The position numbers were made by a program, and so were the translations under genes. This document shows, piece by piece, positions 8,938 to 17,189 of a stretch of DNA of 64,000 bases. How positions within the stretch are numbered: position 1 is the stretch's first letter; every line of letters starts with the position of its first letter. The notes beneath the pieces are model-generated. The model was not told where the DNA came from. It did no database searches and saw nothing but the letters and a program-made list of their open reading frames with translations. Origin of the DNA: Polyangiaceae bacterium (GTDB taxonomy: Bacteria > Myxococcota_A > Polyangia > Polyangiales > Polyangiaceae); NCBI GenBank assembly GCA_044376115.1, contig JBILLK010000002.1:192001-256000 (forward strand). Reading direction: 5' to 3'.

Positions 8938-10515
8938 TCAAGGTCCTCGGAAGACGTAAGACAGACGCAGCCGCCACAGTTGAGCCGGCTTCGACGCAAG
9001 GTTTAATTCTACGTTGTCCAAGCCTGCGCCAGGGAGCAAGGTGGCTTGTTCGAGATCGGCACGAAAGCCAACGTCGCTGACGTAGGAGATCGTTGGGTCA
9101 ATCTCGAAGCCGAGGAAGCCCGCCTGTCCCGGCGTTGATTCCGACTTGGCTGCGAAGGAGAGCACGCCCGCGAGCCCGACGCTGAGCTTGCCACCGATGT
9201 CGGTGATCAGGTCGTACTTGAGGTGCGGCTTGAGGTAGATGGCGTCGGTTACGGTGCCGATGATCTCGCGAAAGAGGATGCGGTCGACACGGTAGTCGGG
9301 GTGAAAGCGGAAGTTGTTGACCTCGCGATCGAAGGGCGGGTTCGCTTGGGGACCGTCGAGATCGCCAGCGACCGGAGCGACGTCTCCCGCCTTGAGGATC
9401 GCACCGAAGCCGGGTGCTGCGTCTCCGCTGGCGAAGCCTGCGTTGAGGCCACCGAGAAAACGGCGCTGATCATCGCCAAACTCCGTCTCGAGGGCTGCAC
9501 CGAATTGATTGGAGGTGACCGGCTCGCGAAAGAGCACGCCTGGCACCAAGCTCGGTTGCTCGACCGAGGCATGCAGGTAAGCGGCCTCTGCCTCGACGCG
9601 GAAGTTCTTGCCCTCGAAGCGCAGCCACAGATCCGAGGCCAGTGCCTCGTAGCCGCGCGCCATCACTTGTCCCGCCTCGAGCGGAATTGGCTGGGCAACC
9701 GGCAGGTAGGTCGCCGGGATGTCGGAGTCTTGGAAGCGGTAGGAAGCGAAGGCGCCGTATTCGGGCGTGACCTTGCCGGCGGCGCTGCGGCGCGCTCGCG
9801 CCTCGGGACCGCGCCAACGCGAGACAGCGAAGGTCAAAGTGTGCGCGATGGCTTTGGGCTCGACGTCGATCGCGCGGAAGCCCGTGCGATGTTCCACCGG
9901 CGCGCCTGCGGCGGTGAAGTCGTAGGCGATGGCGAACAGATGGTCGACCAGCGGCGTGACGAAGGCGATGCGGTCGGCTGAATCCCCGCTGTCGGCGTCG
10001 AGCGCGTCCCCGCCGTTGGCCAACATGCCGAGCCCCCAGTCTTGCCCCATGCGACCAAACGCCAATAGGCCAAAGGGCGTGAGCAGCTCCGCGTAGGCCC
10101 GCCGCAGTTTGAACAGCGGCTCATCCGAACGCTGGCTGGTGGACGCGGACGGAATGCCGTCGGGCATGCTGCCGAGCAAGACGTTGTCGAGCGTATCGAG
10201 ACGAACCTTGACCGCCATACCGCCCCAAGGCGCGTACAAACTCACGTCGGTGCGGATGCGCGTATCGAAGGCTGTGAGCAGCTGCTCGGTCGGATCCGAA
10301 AGCGAGACCGGAAACAGGATCTCCCCGGAAGGCGTAGGCCCGCGGTCGAGATCGAGGTTGTGGAAGAGCGAGCCGCGCGTGCGGGTGTAGCCGGAGACCT
10401 GGATGAAAGAACCGGGGGCCTCGAGATCTTCACCGTGATCGGTGAGACCCGATGCGAGCGCTGCGTCGACCGGCACCGCAGCGAGCGCCAGCGCGAAGAG
10501 GTAACGTCGCTTCAT
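8938..10515 (-). CDS. TIGR04551-family (alginate-export-like) outer-membrane beta-barrel
   Basis: Signal peptide; GRMGQDWGLGMLANGG.D.DSGD..DRIAF; NNFRFHPDYRVDRILFREIIG; alternating beta strands; C-terminal RLSYVF. Confidence 0.75.
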   Translation of the reverse strand: MKRRYLFALALAAVPVDAALASGLTDHGEDLEAPGSFIQVSGYTRTRGSLFHNLDLDRGPTPSGEILFPVSLSDPTEQLLTAFDTRIRTDVSLYAPWGGMAVKVRLDTLDNVLLGSMPDGIPSASTSQRSDEPLFKLRRAYAELLTPFGLLAFGRMGQDWGLGMLANGGDALDADSGDSADRIAFVTPLVDHLFAIAYDFTAAGAPVEHRTGFRAIDVEPKAIAHTLTFAVSRWRGPEARARRSAAGKVTPEYGAFASYRFQDSDIPATYLPVAQPIPLEAGQVMARGYEALASDLWLRFEGKNFRVEAEAAYLHASVEQPSLVPGVLFREPVTSNQFGAALETEFGDDQRRFLGGLNAGFASGDAAPGFGAILKAGDVAPVAGDLDGPQANPPFDREVNNFRFHPDYRVDRILFREIIGTVTDAIYLKPHLKYDLITDIGGKLSVGLAGVLSFAAKSESTPGQAGFLGFEIDPTISYVSDVGFRADLEQATLLPGAGLDNVELNLASKPAQLWRLRLSYVFRGP

Positions 10516-11534
10516 TGGCGCGGCTCCGTGTCCGAGCCCGGGGTGGGCTCCGGGGTTTCTTTGGGCTCGATGGCCGGCGTTGCTTCGGTGGGCGGCTTCT
10601 CCGCGACCGGTTTAGCGCCTGGTGCCTTCATCTCGCCAAGGAACGCAAGCAGGTCGCGCGTGGAGGGCCGCACGGCCTCGATCATCGGGAAATGACCACA
10701 CCTCGGATAGACAATAAGCTTGGCCTGCGGCAGCTCGTTCACCAGCCGCTCACCGAAGGGCAGGGTGGTCACCTTGTCTTCGCGTCCCCAGAGCAAGAGC
10801 GTGGGCTTGTCGATCGTCTTGTAGCGTTCTTCCACCTCGTCGAAGCGCTGACCACGAATGGCCGCAAGGGCTGCGGCCTTGGTGCCGGGGCGTGAGAGCT
10901 GATCTTCAACCGTCTCGATCAGCTCCTCGGTGATGTACTTCCGGTCGTAGAAGGCCGTGGCCATCTTTTCGTCGGAGCGTTCGTTGTAGAAGGCCCCCAC
11001 GAGCCCCTCGCCGAGGCCGTCTGCGCGGGCCCAACGAAAGAAGTTCGGCAGCTGGTCGTCGTAGACCCAAGCGTCGTAAAGCGCGATCCGTTCGATCTGG
11101 TCCGGAGCTAGCAGCGCAACTTGCAAGGCGATCGACGAACCCCACGAGTGGGCCACGAGCGCGACGGGGCTGTCCACACCACGCTCATCCAAAAGATCGA
11201 GGATGATCTCGGCTTGCGCTTTGGGGCTGTAGTCACCCTCGGGCCTGTCGCTCCAGCCGAACCCCTTGAGGTCCAGCGCGATCACACGAAACTTACCGGC
11301 CAACGCTTTGCGGATGCCGGCCCATGCACCCATCGACGAGGCGAAACCGTGGATCAGCACGACGACGGGGCCTTGGCCTTCGTCCACGAAGTGGATGTTG
11401 GCTCCGCGCAGCTTGGCGAAGGTGGCTCCCTTGGGCGCGCCGGGGATAGCCCCGCTATGAAACTCCACGCAGCTCGCGGACGCCAGCGTAGCGGCCAGGC
11501 CCGCGCACGACTTGATGAAGCGACGTCGAATCAA
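10512..11534 (-). CDS. Tat-exported alpha/beta hydrolase lipoprotein (esterase/depolymerase-like)
   Basis: RRRFIK twin-arginine motif plus LASASC lipobox; LIHGF oxyanion loop, DLKGFGWS, nucleophile AHSWG, GREDK and GHFP. Has 4-bp overlaps with both neighbours. Confidence 0.85.
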   Translation of the reverse strand: MIRRRFIKSCAGLAATLASASCVEFHSGAIPGAPKGATFAKLRGANIHFVDEGQGPVVVLIHGFASSMGAWAGIRKALAGKFRVIALDLKGFGWSDRPEGDYSPKAQAEIILDLLDERGVDSPVALVAHSWGSSIALQVALLAPDQIERIALYDAWVYDDQLPNFFRWARADGLGEGLVGAFYNERSDEKMATAFYDRKYITEELIETVEDQLSRPGTKAAALAAIRGQRFDEVEERYKTIDKPTLLLWGREDKVTTLPFGERLVNELPQAKLIVYPRCGHFPMIEAVRPSTRDLLAFLGEMKAPGAKPVAEKPPTEATPAIEPKETPEPTPGSDTEPRQ

Positions 11535-12568
11535 GGTGCCAGCCGCTTGATCTCAGCGATGTCGACGAACTCATCGCCGGTCTCGTTGGCCTCCGAGTCG
11601 ATCGTCGCGATGGTGCCGAAACACTCGGTGACAAAGGCGAAGGTCTTTTGCGTAGTGACCAGCGCTCCGATGGTCCGCGTGAGATCGATGCGTACGCGCA
11701 GGGCGTCAAACGTGGAGAACGGCGTCACCACGTCACCGCGTGAATCCACGGTGGACTCGTAGCTTTCGCTGTAGAAGCTGAGCACGCCGCTGGCGTAGCC
11801 GCTCACGCTGGCGTTGGTGCTCCAGGTGTTCCCCACCTCGAGCGGGAAGGCGAGCACTTTGACCGCAGGGTCATACTCGAGCTCGGTGCGGGTCACGCCG
11901 TCCTCGGGGGAGACGACGCCGCGCAGCAGCAGCGCGTCGTCGGTGATCTCGAACACACCGATCAGCTCGCTGGTGTCGGAGAGGCGAGAGGCGTAACTCG
12001 CGCCCGGGAAGATGTCGGCGTACCACGTCCCCGCGAGCGGAAGCGTCTCCAGCAGGACGCCGTGATCGCCTGGCAGCGCTCCAGAGAAGTCCCACGTCTC
12101 TTTTCCGTCCACGAGCGTGCTGGCCGTGGAAAGCGTGACGCCGGTGGCGACGCGGAACTTGGCGTCGAGCCCAGCAGCGAGCGGTATCTCTTCACGCGTG
12201 ATGGTGCCGTCTTCATTCGGGCTACAAAGCCCATTGCCGCCGGTACCACCCGCTCCGCCAGCCTGCTCGCCGCCGCTGCCAGCGGTACCACTGCCGCCGT
12301 CCCCTCCGCTACCGCCGTCCGATGAGGTGCCGCCGGAACCGCCCTCGGGGTTGACGCACATGCCGTCGTTGCAGGCGCCACTTTCACAATCCGCTCCGAC
12401 CTCGCACGTGCCCCCGAAGGGTTCACCTGCGGCGCAGGCCGAGAGCGCCAGTGCGCCCAGGCTGAGCAGCGCTAGCAGCGGCTTGTGCCACGACTCTTTA
12501 CGCTGAGCCGGGGCATGAGCGAAGGGACCTGCCGATGATGGGAACGACGTGCGAGCCTGCTGTCTCAT
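11531..12568 (-). CDS. Lipoprotein with Cys-rich motif and Gly/Ser linker, paralogue of 8096..8935
   Basis: Lipobox LSAC; CEVGADCESGACNDGMC; Gly-rich linker; beta-rich domain shared with 8096..8935. Start codon uncertain (ATG 12568 chosen). Confidence 0.75.
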   Translation of the reverse strand: MRQQARTSFPSSAGPFAHAPAQRKESWHKPLLALLSLGALALSACAAGEPFGGTCEVGADCESGACNDGMCVNPEGGSGGTSSDGGSGGDGGSGTAGSGGEQAGGAGGTGGNGLCSPNEDGTITREEIPLAAGLDAKFRVATGVTLSTASTLVDGKETWDFSGALPGDHGVLLETLPLAGTWYADIFPGASYASRLSDTSELIGVFEITDDALLLRGVVSPEDGVTRTELEYDPAVKVLAFPLEVGNTWSTNASVSGYASGVLSFYSESYESTVDSRGDVVTPFSTFDALRVRIDLTRTIGALVTTQKTFAFVTECFGTIATIDSEANETGDEFVDIAEIKRLAP

Positions 12569-12585
12569 GTACTTCTTTCCGGCCT

Positions 12586-12600
12586 TGTTGCGCTGCAGCA
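12586..12600. promoter_or_regulatory. Putative PhaR operator 3 (TGTTGCGCTGCAGCA) in the divergent operon/phaR intergenic region
   Basis: TGC-N3-GCA palindrome 17 bp upstream of the chosen start of the first operon gene; identical to 13258..13272. Confidence 0.7.
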
Positions 12601-12735
12601 ATTCGGCGAACGAGCGTGTATGCGCCGGCCTCGCGACGCTGTCAAGTTGGCCCGAACTGCGGGGATCGCATCGGTCGGGAGGCGTGAGACAGTGTGTTGC
12701 GGCGCGTTGGCGAGCGTGCGACGACAAGCCTGCGA

Positions 12736-13257
12736 ATGACTGTCACCACCGTCAAGAAGTACTCGAATCGGAGGCTCTACGATACCGAGGAGAGCTGCTA
12801 CATCACGCTCGATGAGCTGACCGAGCGTGTCAAAGGCGGCAAGGACGTTCGCGTCGTGGATGCCAAGACTGGCGAGGATCTCACGCAGGCGACGCTGGTT
12901 CAGATTGTGCTCGAGACCCAAGCGGCCCGGCTGCTGCCCGTCCCGCTCCTAGCGCGACTCATTCGCATGCAAGATGACGCCTTGGGCGACTTTTTCAGCC
13001 GTTACGTATCGTTTGCTTTGGAGATGTACCTCACCGCCAAGTCGGGGGCCCAGGCGATTTCGCCGTACGTACCCTTTGCGAACGTGCCCTTCACCGCCAC
13101 CAACGCGCTAGCGCGCGCAATGGGCGCGATTCCCTTTTGGGGCGAGCCGCCTCCGTCGGCGCCACCCACACCTGCGGACGCGGCGGACGTAGCTTCGCTG
13201 CGCACCGAGCTGGAGGAGCTGCGGCGGGAGTTACGAGGGAAGCGGACCAGGCGCTGA
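12736..13257 (+). CDS. phaR: Polyhydroxyalkanoate synthesis repressor PhaR
   Basis: Signature VKKYSNRRLYDTEESCYITL...VVDAKTGEDLT...L.RLIR; divergent from the phaC operon. Confidence 0.92.
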   Translation: MTVTTVKKYSNRRLYDTEESCYITLDELTERVKGGKDVRVVDAKTGEDLTQATLVQIVLETQAARLLPVPLLARLIRMQDDALGDFFSRYVSFALEMYLTAKSGAQAISPYVPFANVPFTATNALARAMGAIPFWGEPPPSAPPTPADAADVASLRTELEELRRELRGKRTRR

Positions 13258-13272
13258 TGTTGCGCTGCAGCA
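13258..13272. promoter_or_regulatory. Putative PhaR operator 4 (TGTTGCGCTGCAGCA) upstream of the COMM-domain gene
   Basis: Exact 15/15 copy of operator 3, immediately after the phaR stop codon; a partial copy TTGCGCTGC lies at 13293. Confidence 0.65.
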
Positions 13273-13320
13273 TACAGCTCGCGCTTGCCACCTTGCGCTG
13301 CTTGGGGGCATAGCGAGCCG

Positions 13321-13923
13321 ATGAGCGAACCCCTGCTGCTTGCTTGCCTCGAGGGTGCCCCAGCCCCCGCCGAGCTCGCGCGCGATCTCAGGTCGATTGC
13401 CTCGCTTCCGGAGAACGCGCAGGCAGCCTTATGGAAGGCTGTGGAGGCGGTGCTCGTGGACCCGCCGCCCGCCGACGCCGGCGCCATCATCGAAGCGCAC
13501 GCGCAGCGACTGGGCCTCGAACCGGCCGCGCTCTCTCGAGCCGCGAGCTCGATGCGCGCCGTCTACCGCTTCGCCGTTGCGCTGGATTTGCCGCGTGAGG
13601 CAGTGGCTGACGACCTAGCAAAACTTTCCGGCAATGACCCGGTGATCTCTACGCTGGTGCTTTCCAACTACGATCTAGCGCGCCAGCGGATCCAAGCCGA
13701 ACTCGCGCACAAGACGCTGATGGACCACGGCAAAGTGCTGACCGACGTCTCCTGGCGTCTGAACATGGTCACCCAGTCGAACCACGGGCGAGGCTTGCGT
13801 CTTCCGGTGGTGACGTTGACCCTCCAGTATCAAGAGCAGGGCCAGAAGCAGTCGCTGACGCTCGAAGTCCTGCCCTCGATCTTGCGCAAACTGAAAGAGA
13901 CCGTCGCTGGGATCGTGAGCTGA
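13321..13923 (+). CDS. COMM-domain (COMMD-like) protein
   Basis: 200 aa with a helical N-terminal domain, then LTDVSWRLNMVTQS...LPVVTLTL...SLTLEVLPSILRKLKETVAGI, matching the COMM pattern (L.dv.WR...S....P.v.L.L....lE...L..L...l..I). Confidence 0.8.
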   Translation: MSEPLLLACLEGAPAPAELARDLRSIASLPENAQAALWKAVEAVLVDPPPADAGAIIEAHAQRLGLEPAALSRAASSMRAVYRFAVALDLPREAVADDLAKLSGNDPVISTLVLSNYDLARQRIQAELAHKTLMDHGKVLTDVSWRLNMVTQSNHGRGLRLPVVTLTLQYQEQGQKQSLTLEVLPSILRKLKETVAGIVS

Positions 13924-13928
13924 GTTCG

Positions 13929-14630
13929 ATGTGCTACCTCAAAAGCTTCCTGGCCTTCTTGCCGCTCTTGATGTTGGGATGTGGCGACGAGAGCGCTGCA
14001 GACGGTGGTGGCGGCTCGGGCGGTCTCGGTGCTGCCGGCGCGAGTGAGGGCGGTGCAAGTGAAGGCGGCGGAGGCGCAAGTGAAGGCGGCGGGGGCGCAA
14101 CCGCCGTGGACAAGGCGAAGGACTGTGCAAGCCAGTTCGGCGATGCTTTGTCCGACAGCTTCGGCCGGCTGGACGGGACGGTCGTGGCTGTGGTTGCACC
14201 GGAGGATACGGAGTGCCCGCTCGTCAACGACGATCACCTGGTGCTCCAGGTCGCGATGAACGGCGCGGTCTACCGCATGGTCGTCAACATCACCGACGTC
14301 GCGTTTGCGCAGAAGTCAGCTGCGCTGCTCGGGCCGGCCTGGTCGGAAGGGTGGCACACCGGACTCACGCTCGAGTACCCGACCGACCTCGACGTTCACA
14401 GCCCGGAGTTTCAGCAGCTGGCCCTTCCTGCGATGATCGAGACGATCTCCGCAGGGATCGAGCTGGGTGCACCGATCTCGGTCTTCGCCGTTAGCTCAGG
14501 AGGCGAGTTCGCCAGCAGCGCTCACTTGATTCACCGCAACGACAACAACTCCGACGGGGCCATCGTGCTCGCCCCGGACTCCGAGAATCCCTCGTACCTG
14601 CTGTTTCGCTTCGCCAGTCAGAGCTTCTGA
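13929..14630 (+). CDS. Hypothetical lipoprotein with Gly/Ser linker
   Basis: Lipobox LMLGC; GASEGG linker repeats; globular domain with DDHLVLQ and AHLIHRN..DGA. Starts 5 bp after the COMMD stop. Confidence 0.7.
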   Translation: MCYLKSFLAFLPLLMLGCGDESAADGGGGSGGLGAAGASEGGASEGGGGASEGGGGATAVDKAKDCASQFGDALSDSFGRLDGTVVAVVAPEDTECPLVNDDHLVLQVAMNGAVYRMVVNITDVAFAQKSAALLGPAWSEGWHTGLTLEYPTDLDVHSPEFQQLALPAMIETISAGIELGAPISVFAVSSGGEFASSAHLIHRNDNNSDGAIVLAPDSENPSYLLFRFASQSF

Positions 14631-16249
14631 GCCGGCCGCAACGCGCGCCCGGGGCCCTTACCGAGCGCGACGGGCTGGCCGTCTCGACGCACCAGCTGCC
14701 CATTGAGCCAAACGTGCAGGACGCCTTCAGCGTGGCGATGGGGCTCGATGAAGTCGGCGCGATCGGCGATCTTCGTCGCGTCGAACACCACCACATCGGC
14801 CGCTTTTCCGGCCTGAAGCAGGCCGCGGTCGGAGAGGCCAAGCAACGACGCGCTCAGGCCGCTGGACTTGCGCACCGCCTCTTCGAGCGAAAAGAGCTTG
14901 GCCTCGCGCACGAGCGGTCCGAGCGCACGCGCAAAGGTGCCATGACTACGCGGGTGCGAACTCTCGCCGCTGGCATCGGTGCCGAAGGCGACGAACGGGT
15001 CGCGCGCGAGCCTGTAGACGAGCTCCTCGTCCATGACACGATAAGCCGCCTCGCCGCCGTACGGTCCGAGCCCGAGCAGGATGTCTTCGAATGGGCGGCG
15101 CTGTTCTGCGGCGACTTCGGCGAGCGTCTTGCCTTGGTAGCGACCGGGTCCGAATACGGTCGCTTCAGGGCCGTTGCGCGCGAGCACGCGGGCGCGCAAA
15201 TGATCGCGAATTGCGGCGCGTTGTTTACGAAGCGCGCGCTTGTAGTCATTCGGTGGGCGGGCGCTGGGAGGAAACAGAATCGCCAGCGTGGTGTAGCTCG
15301 CGGTGTAGGGGTAGAGATCGGCGCTGACCTCGAGGCCTCGTTCGCGAGCTCGAGCCAGCTGCTGCAACAGCGCCTCGGCCCGCGCCTCCCCTCGGCCAAG
15401 CACGACCTTCAAATGCGCGATGTGTGCGCGCGCCCCAGTTTGCTCGCATGCGACTAAAAACTCGGCCAGCGCGCCCTCGATCTGGTCGTCATCCTCGCTT
15501 CGTAGGTGCGCCATCGCAACACGCTTGGCCCGTCCAACTGGCTCGAGTGCGGCGCGAAGTTCTGCCGCGTCGCTACCGCGAGCCCCGTCATATTCGAGCC
15601 CAAACGAAAGCCCGAACGCGCCCTGCTCGAGGTCGCGCTCGACCCTTTGCGCGAGCGTGCGGGGCTGCTTCACGGCGACGGTTTTCTCGTCGCGCGCAAG
15701 CTCGGCGCGCAACGAACTGTGGCCGCTCAAGGCAGCGATGTTGACCGCGCTACCGCGCCGGTCGACCGAGTCGAGAAAGCCACCAAGATCGGCAGCAGGG
15801 CTCTCACCGTCCTGCCCGAGCACCACCGTTGTCACGCCCATCGCGTGAAGTTGCGGCGCTTCAGTGAAAGGAGCTTGGTGGCTATGAAGGTCGATGAAAC
15901 CGGGGGCAACCCACAGGCCGCTCGCGTTCACCTCGAGGCGCGTCTTCTGCTCGCGTGCGACGGCTCCGACGAACAGCACCCGGTCGCCCTCCAGCACAAC
16001 GTCGGCTGAGCGCGCCGCTGCACCGCTGCCGTCGATCAGCAACCCGTTGCGCAGCACGACGTCCACGGCCTGTTCGCGAAAAAAAGCCGCAGGAGCAACC
16101 TCGCTAGCCGAACTCGGGATGGCGGTTTCGCTGCTGCGTGAGCTCGGAACGAGGCTCGCGCGGTCGCTAGCCGGCGAGCAACTACTGAGCGCGATGAGCA
16201 GCTGCAGGGCGCCCGCGAAGGGACGCACCTTTCGTCTTAGCGCCGACAT
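14618..16249 (-). CDS. N-acyl-D-amino-acid deacylase family amidohydrolase (probable lipoprotein)
   Basis: APGFIDLHSH, GVTTVVLGQDG, AHLRSE, ADLYPYTAS, HPRSHGTF and GKAADVVVFD motifs; ALSSC lipobox. Confidence 0.85.
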   Translation of the reverse strand: MSALRRKVRPFAGALQLLIALSSCSPASDRASLVPSSRSSETAIPSSASEVAPAAFFREQAVDVVLRNGLLIDGSGAAARSADVVLEGDRVLFVGAVAREQKTRLEVNASGLWVAPGFIDLHSHQAPFTEAPQLHAMGVTTVVLGQDGESPAADLGGFLDSVDRRGSAVNIAALSGHSSLRAELARDEKTVAVKQPRTLAQRVERDLEQGAFGLSFGLEYDGARGSDAAELRAALEPVGRAKRVAMAHLRSEDDDQIEGALAEFLVACEQTGARAHIAHLKVVLGRGEARAEALLQQLARARERGLEVSADLYPYTASYTTLAILFPPSARPPNDYKRALRKQRAAIRDHLRARVLARNGPEATVFGPGRYQGKTLAEVAAEQRRPFEDILLGLGPYGGEAAYRVMDEELVYRLARDPFVAFGTDASGESSHPRSHGTFARALGPLVREAKLFSLEEAVRKSSGLSASLLGLSDRGLLQAGKAADVVVFDATKIADRADFIEPHRHAEGVLHVWLNGQLVRRDGQPVALGKGPGRALRPAQKL

Positions 16250-16292
16250 TGAGCGCCACACTCTGCCATGAATCAGGCCATAATGCGCGGCC

Positions 16293-17180
16293 ATGCACAG
16301 CTGCAAACAGCTCAGGATCGCCTCTGCTCTATTGGGGCTTTCCCTCGTGGGCTGCCCTAGCAGCGAGTCTTCCACCGGAACCGGAGCAGCAAGCGCGGGC
16401 GGTTCAGGGGAGGGCGCAGGGTCCTCGAGCCAAGGCGCCGGGTCGGTGGGCGGCGGTCAAACGACGGGCGGCAACTCGAACGGTGGTGGCAGTCAAAATG
16501 GTGGTGCCACCGGGACGGGCGGCAACAATACCGGCGGCAGTGGCGGCGGGCTTCCGGCGTATGCGACCTTCCATCTGAACTACACCCAGAGCTTCGACTT
16601 CGACAAATGCGCCGAGCGCGACATCGTGATCTTCGATCTGCTGGACACCTCCGAGGCTGACCTTCAAACCTGCAAGGGCTTGGGCGCAAAGATGGTCTGC
16701 TACTTCTCGTCGCAATACGAAGAGTGGCGCGATGACGCGGGAGAGTTCGGCAATTTGGCTGGTGCGCTCGACGGCTGGCCAGGGGAGAACTGGGTAGACC
16801 CCAATGACCCGGCCAACCTCGCGGTGATGGAGGCCCGGCTCGATATCGCCGTGGCAAAGGGCTGCGATGGTGTGGACATCGACAACATCGATCGCGCCGG
16901 GCACGAAGACTACGTGATCGACATCTTCTCAGCCGCGCGCACACGTGGCCTCTTGGTCTCGCAGAAGAACGCGATCGAGAAGATCGATCTGTTCTTCGAC
17001 TACGTCGATCTTTACCAAAACGAGCAGTGCCAAGAGTACGACGAGTGTGCGGCGTATGAGGGGCTCGGCCGGCCGGTCTACAACATCGAATACACCCCCT
17101 GCCAGACGCTGCCTTACCTGTTCTCGAATCGTAAAGACGTTGAAGCGATGGACGCTCAGGAATGGGCCTGTTCACCCTGA
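16293..17180 (+). CDS. GH114 endo-alpha-1,4-polygalactosaminidase lipoprotein
   Basis: Lipobox LVGC and Gly linker; VCYFS..YEEWRDD, LDGWPGENW, KGCDGVDIDN, QKNA, NEQCQEYDEC and VYNIEY motifs. Confidence 0.85.
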   Translation: MHSCKQLRIASALLGLSLVGCPSSESSTGTGAASAGGSGEGAGSSSQGAGSVGGGQTTGGNSNGGGSQNGGATGTGGNNTGGSGGGLPAYATFHLNYTQSFDFDKCAERDIVIFDLLDTSEADLQTCKGLGAKMVCYFSSQYEEWRDDAGEFGNLAGALDGWPGENWVDPNDPANLAVMEARLDIAVAKGCDGVDIDNIDRAGHEDYVIDIFSAARTRGLLVSQKNAIEKIDLFFDYVDLYQNEQCQEYDECAAYEGLGRPVYNIEYTPCQTLPYLFSNRKDVEAMDAQEWACSP

Positions 17181-17189
17181 GGAGGCACG

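Noticed and set aside
12695..12706. Additional PhaR operator just upstream of phaR (TGTTGCGGCGCG)
   Set aside because: Only the left half matches well; too weak to call on its own.
14011..14100. Gly/Ser-rich short repeats here and in other lipoproteins (about 12240-12340, 16380-16550, 21960-22080, 60250-60315)
   Set aside because: Ordinary low-complexity linkers after lipoboxes, common in this lineage; not an independent repeat element.
17178..17180. Selenocysteine or readthrough fusion of GH114 to the downstream in-frame ORF
   Set aside because: No SECIS-like hairpin was recognised, the fused topology (lipoprotein joined to a cytoplasmic kinase lobe) is implausible, and an SD directly after the stop favours independent initiation.
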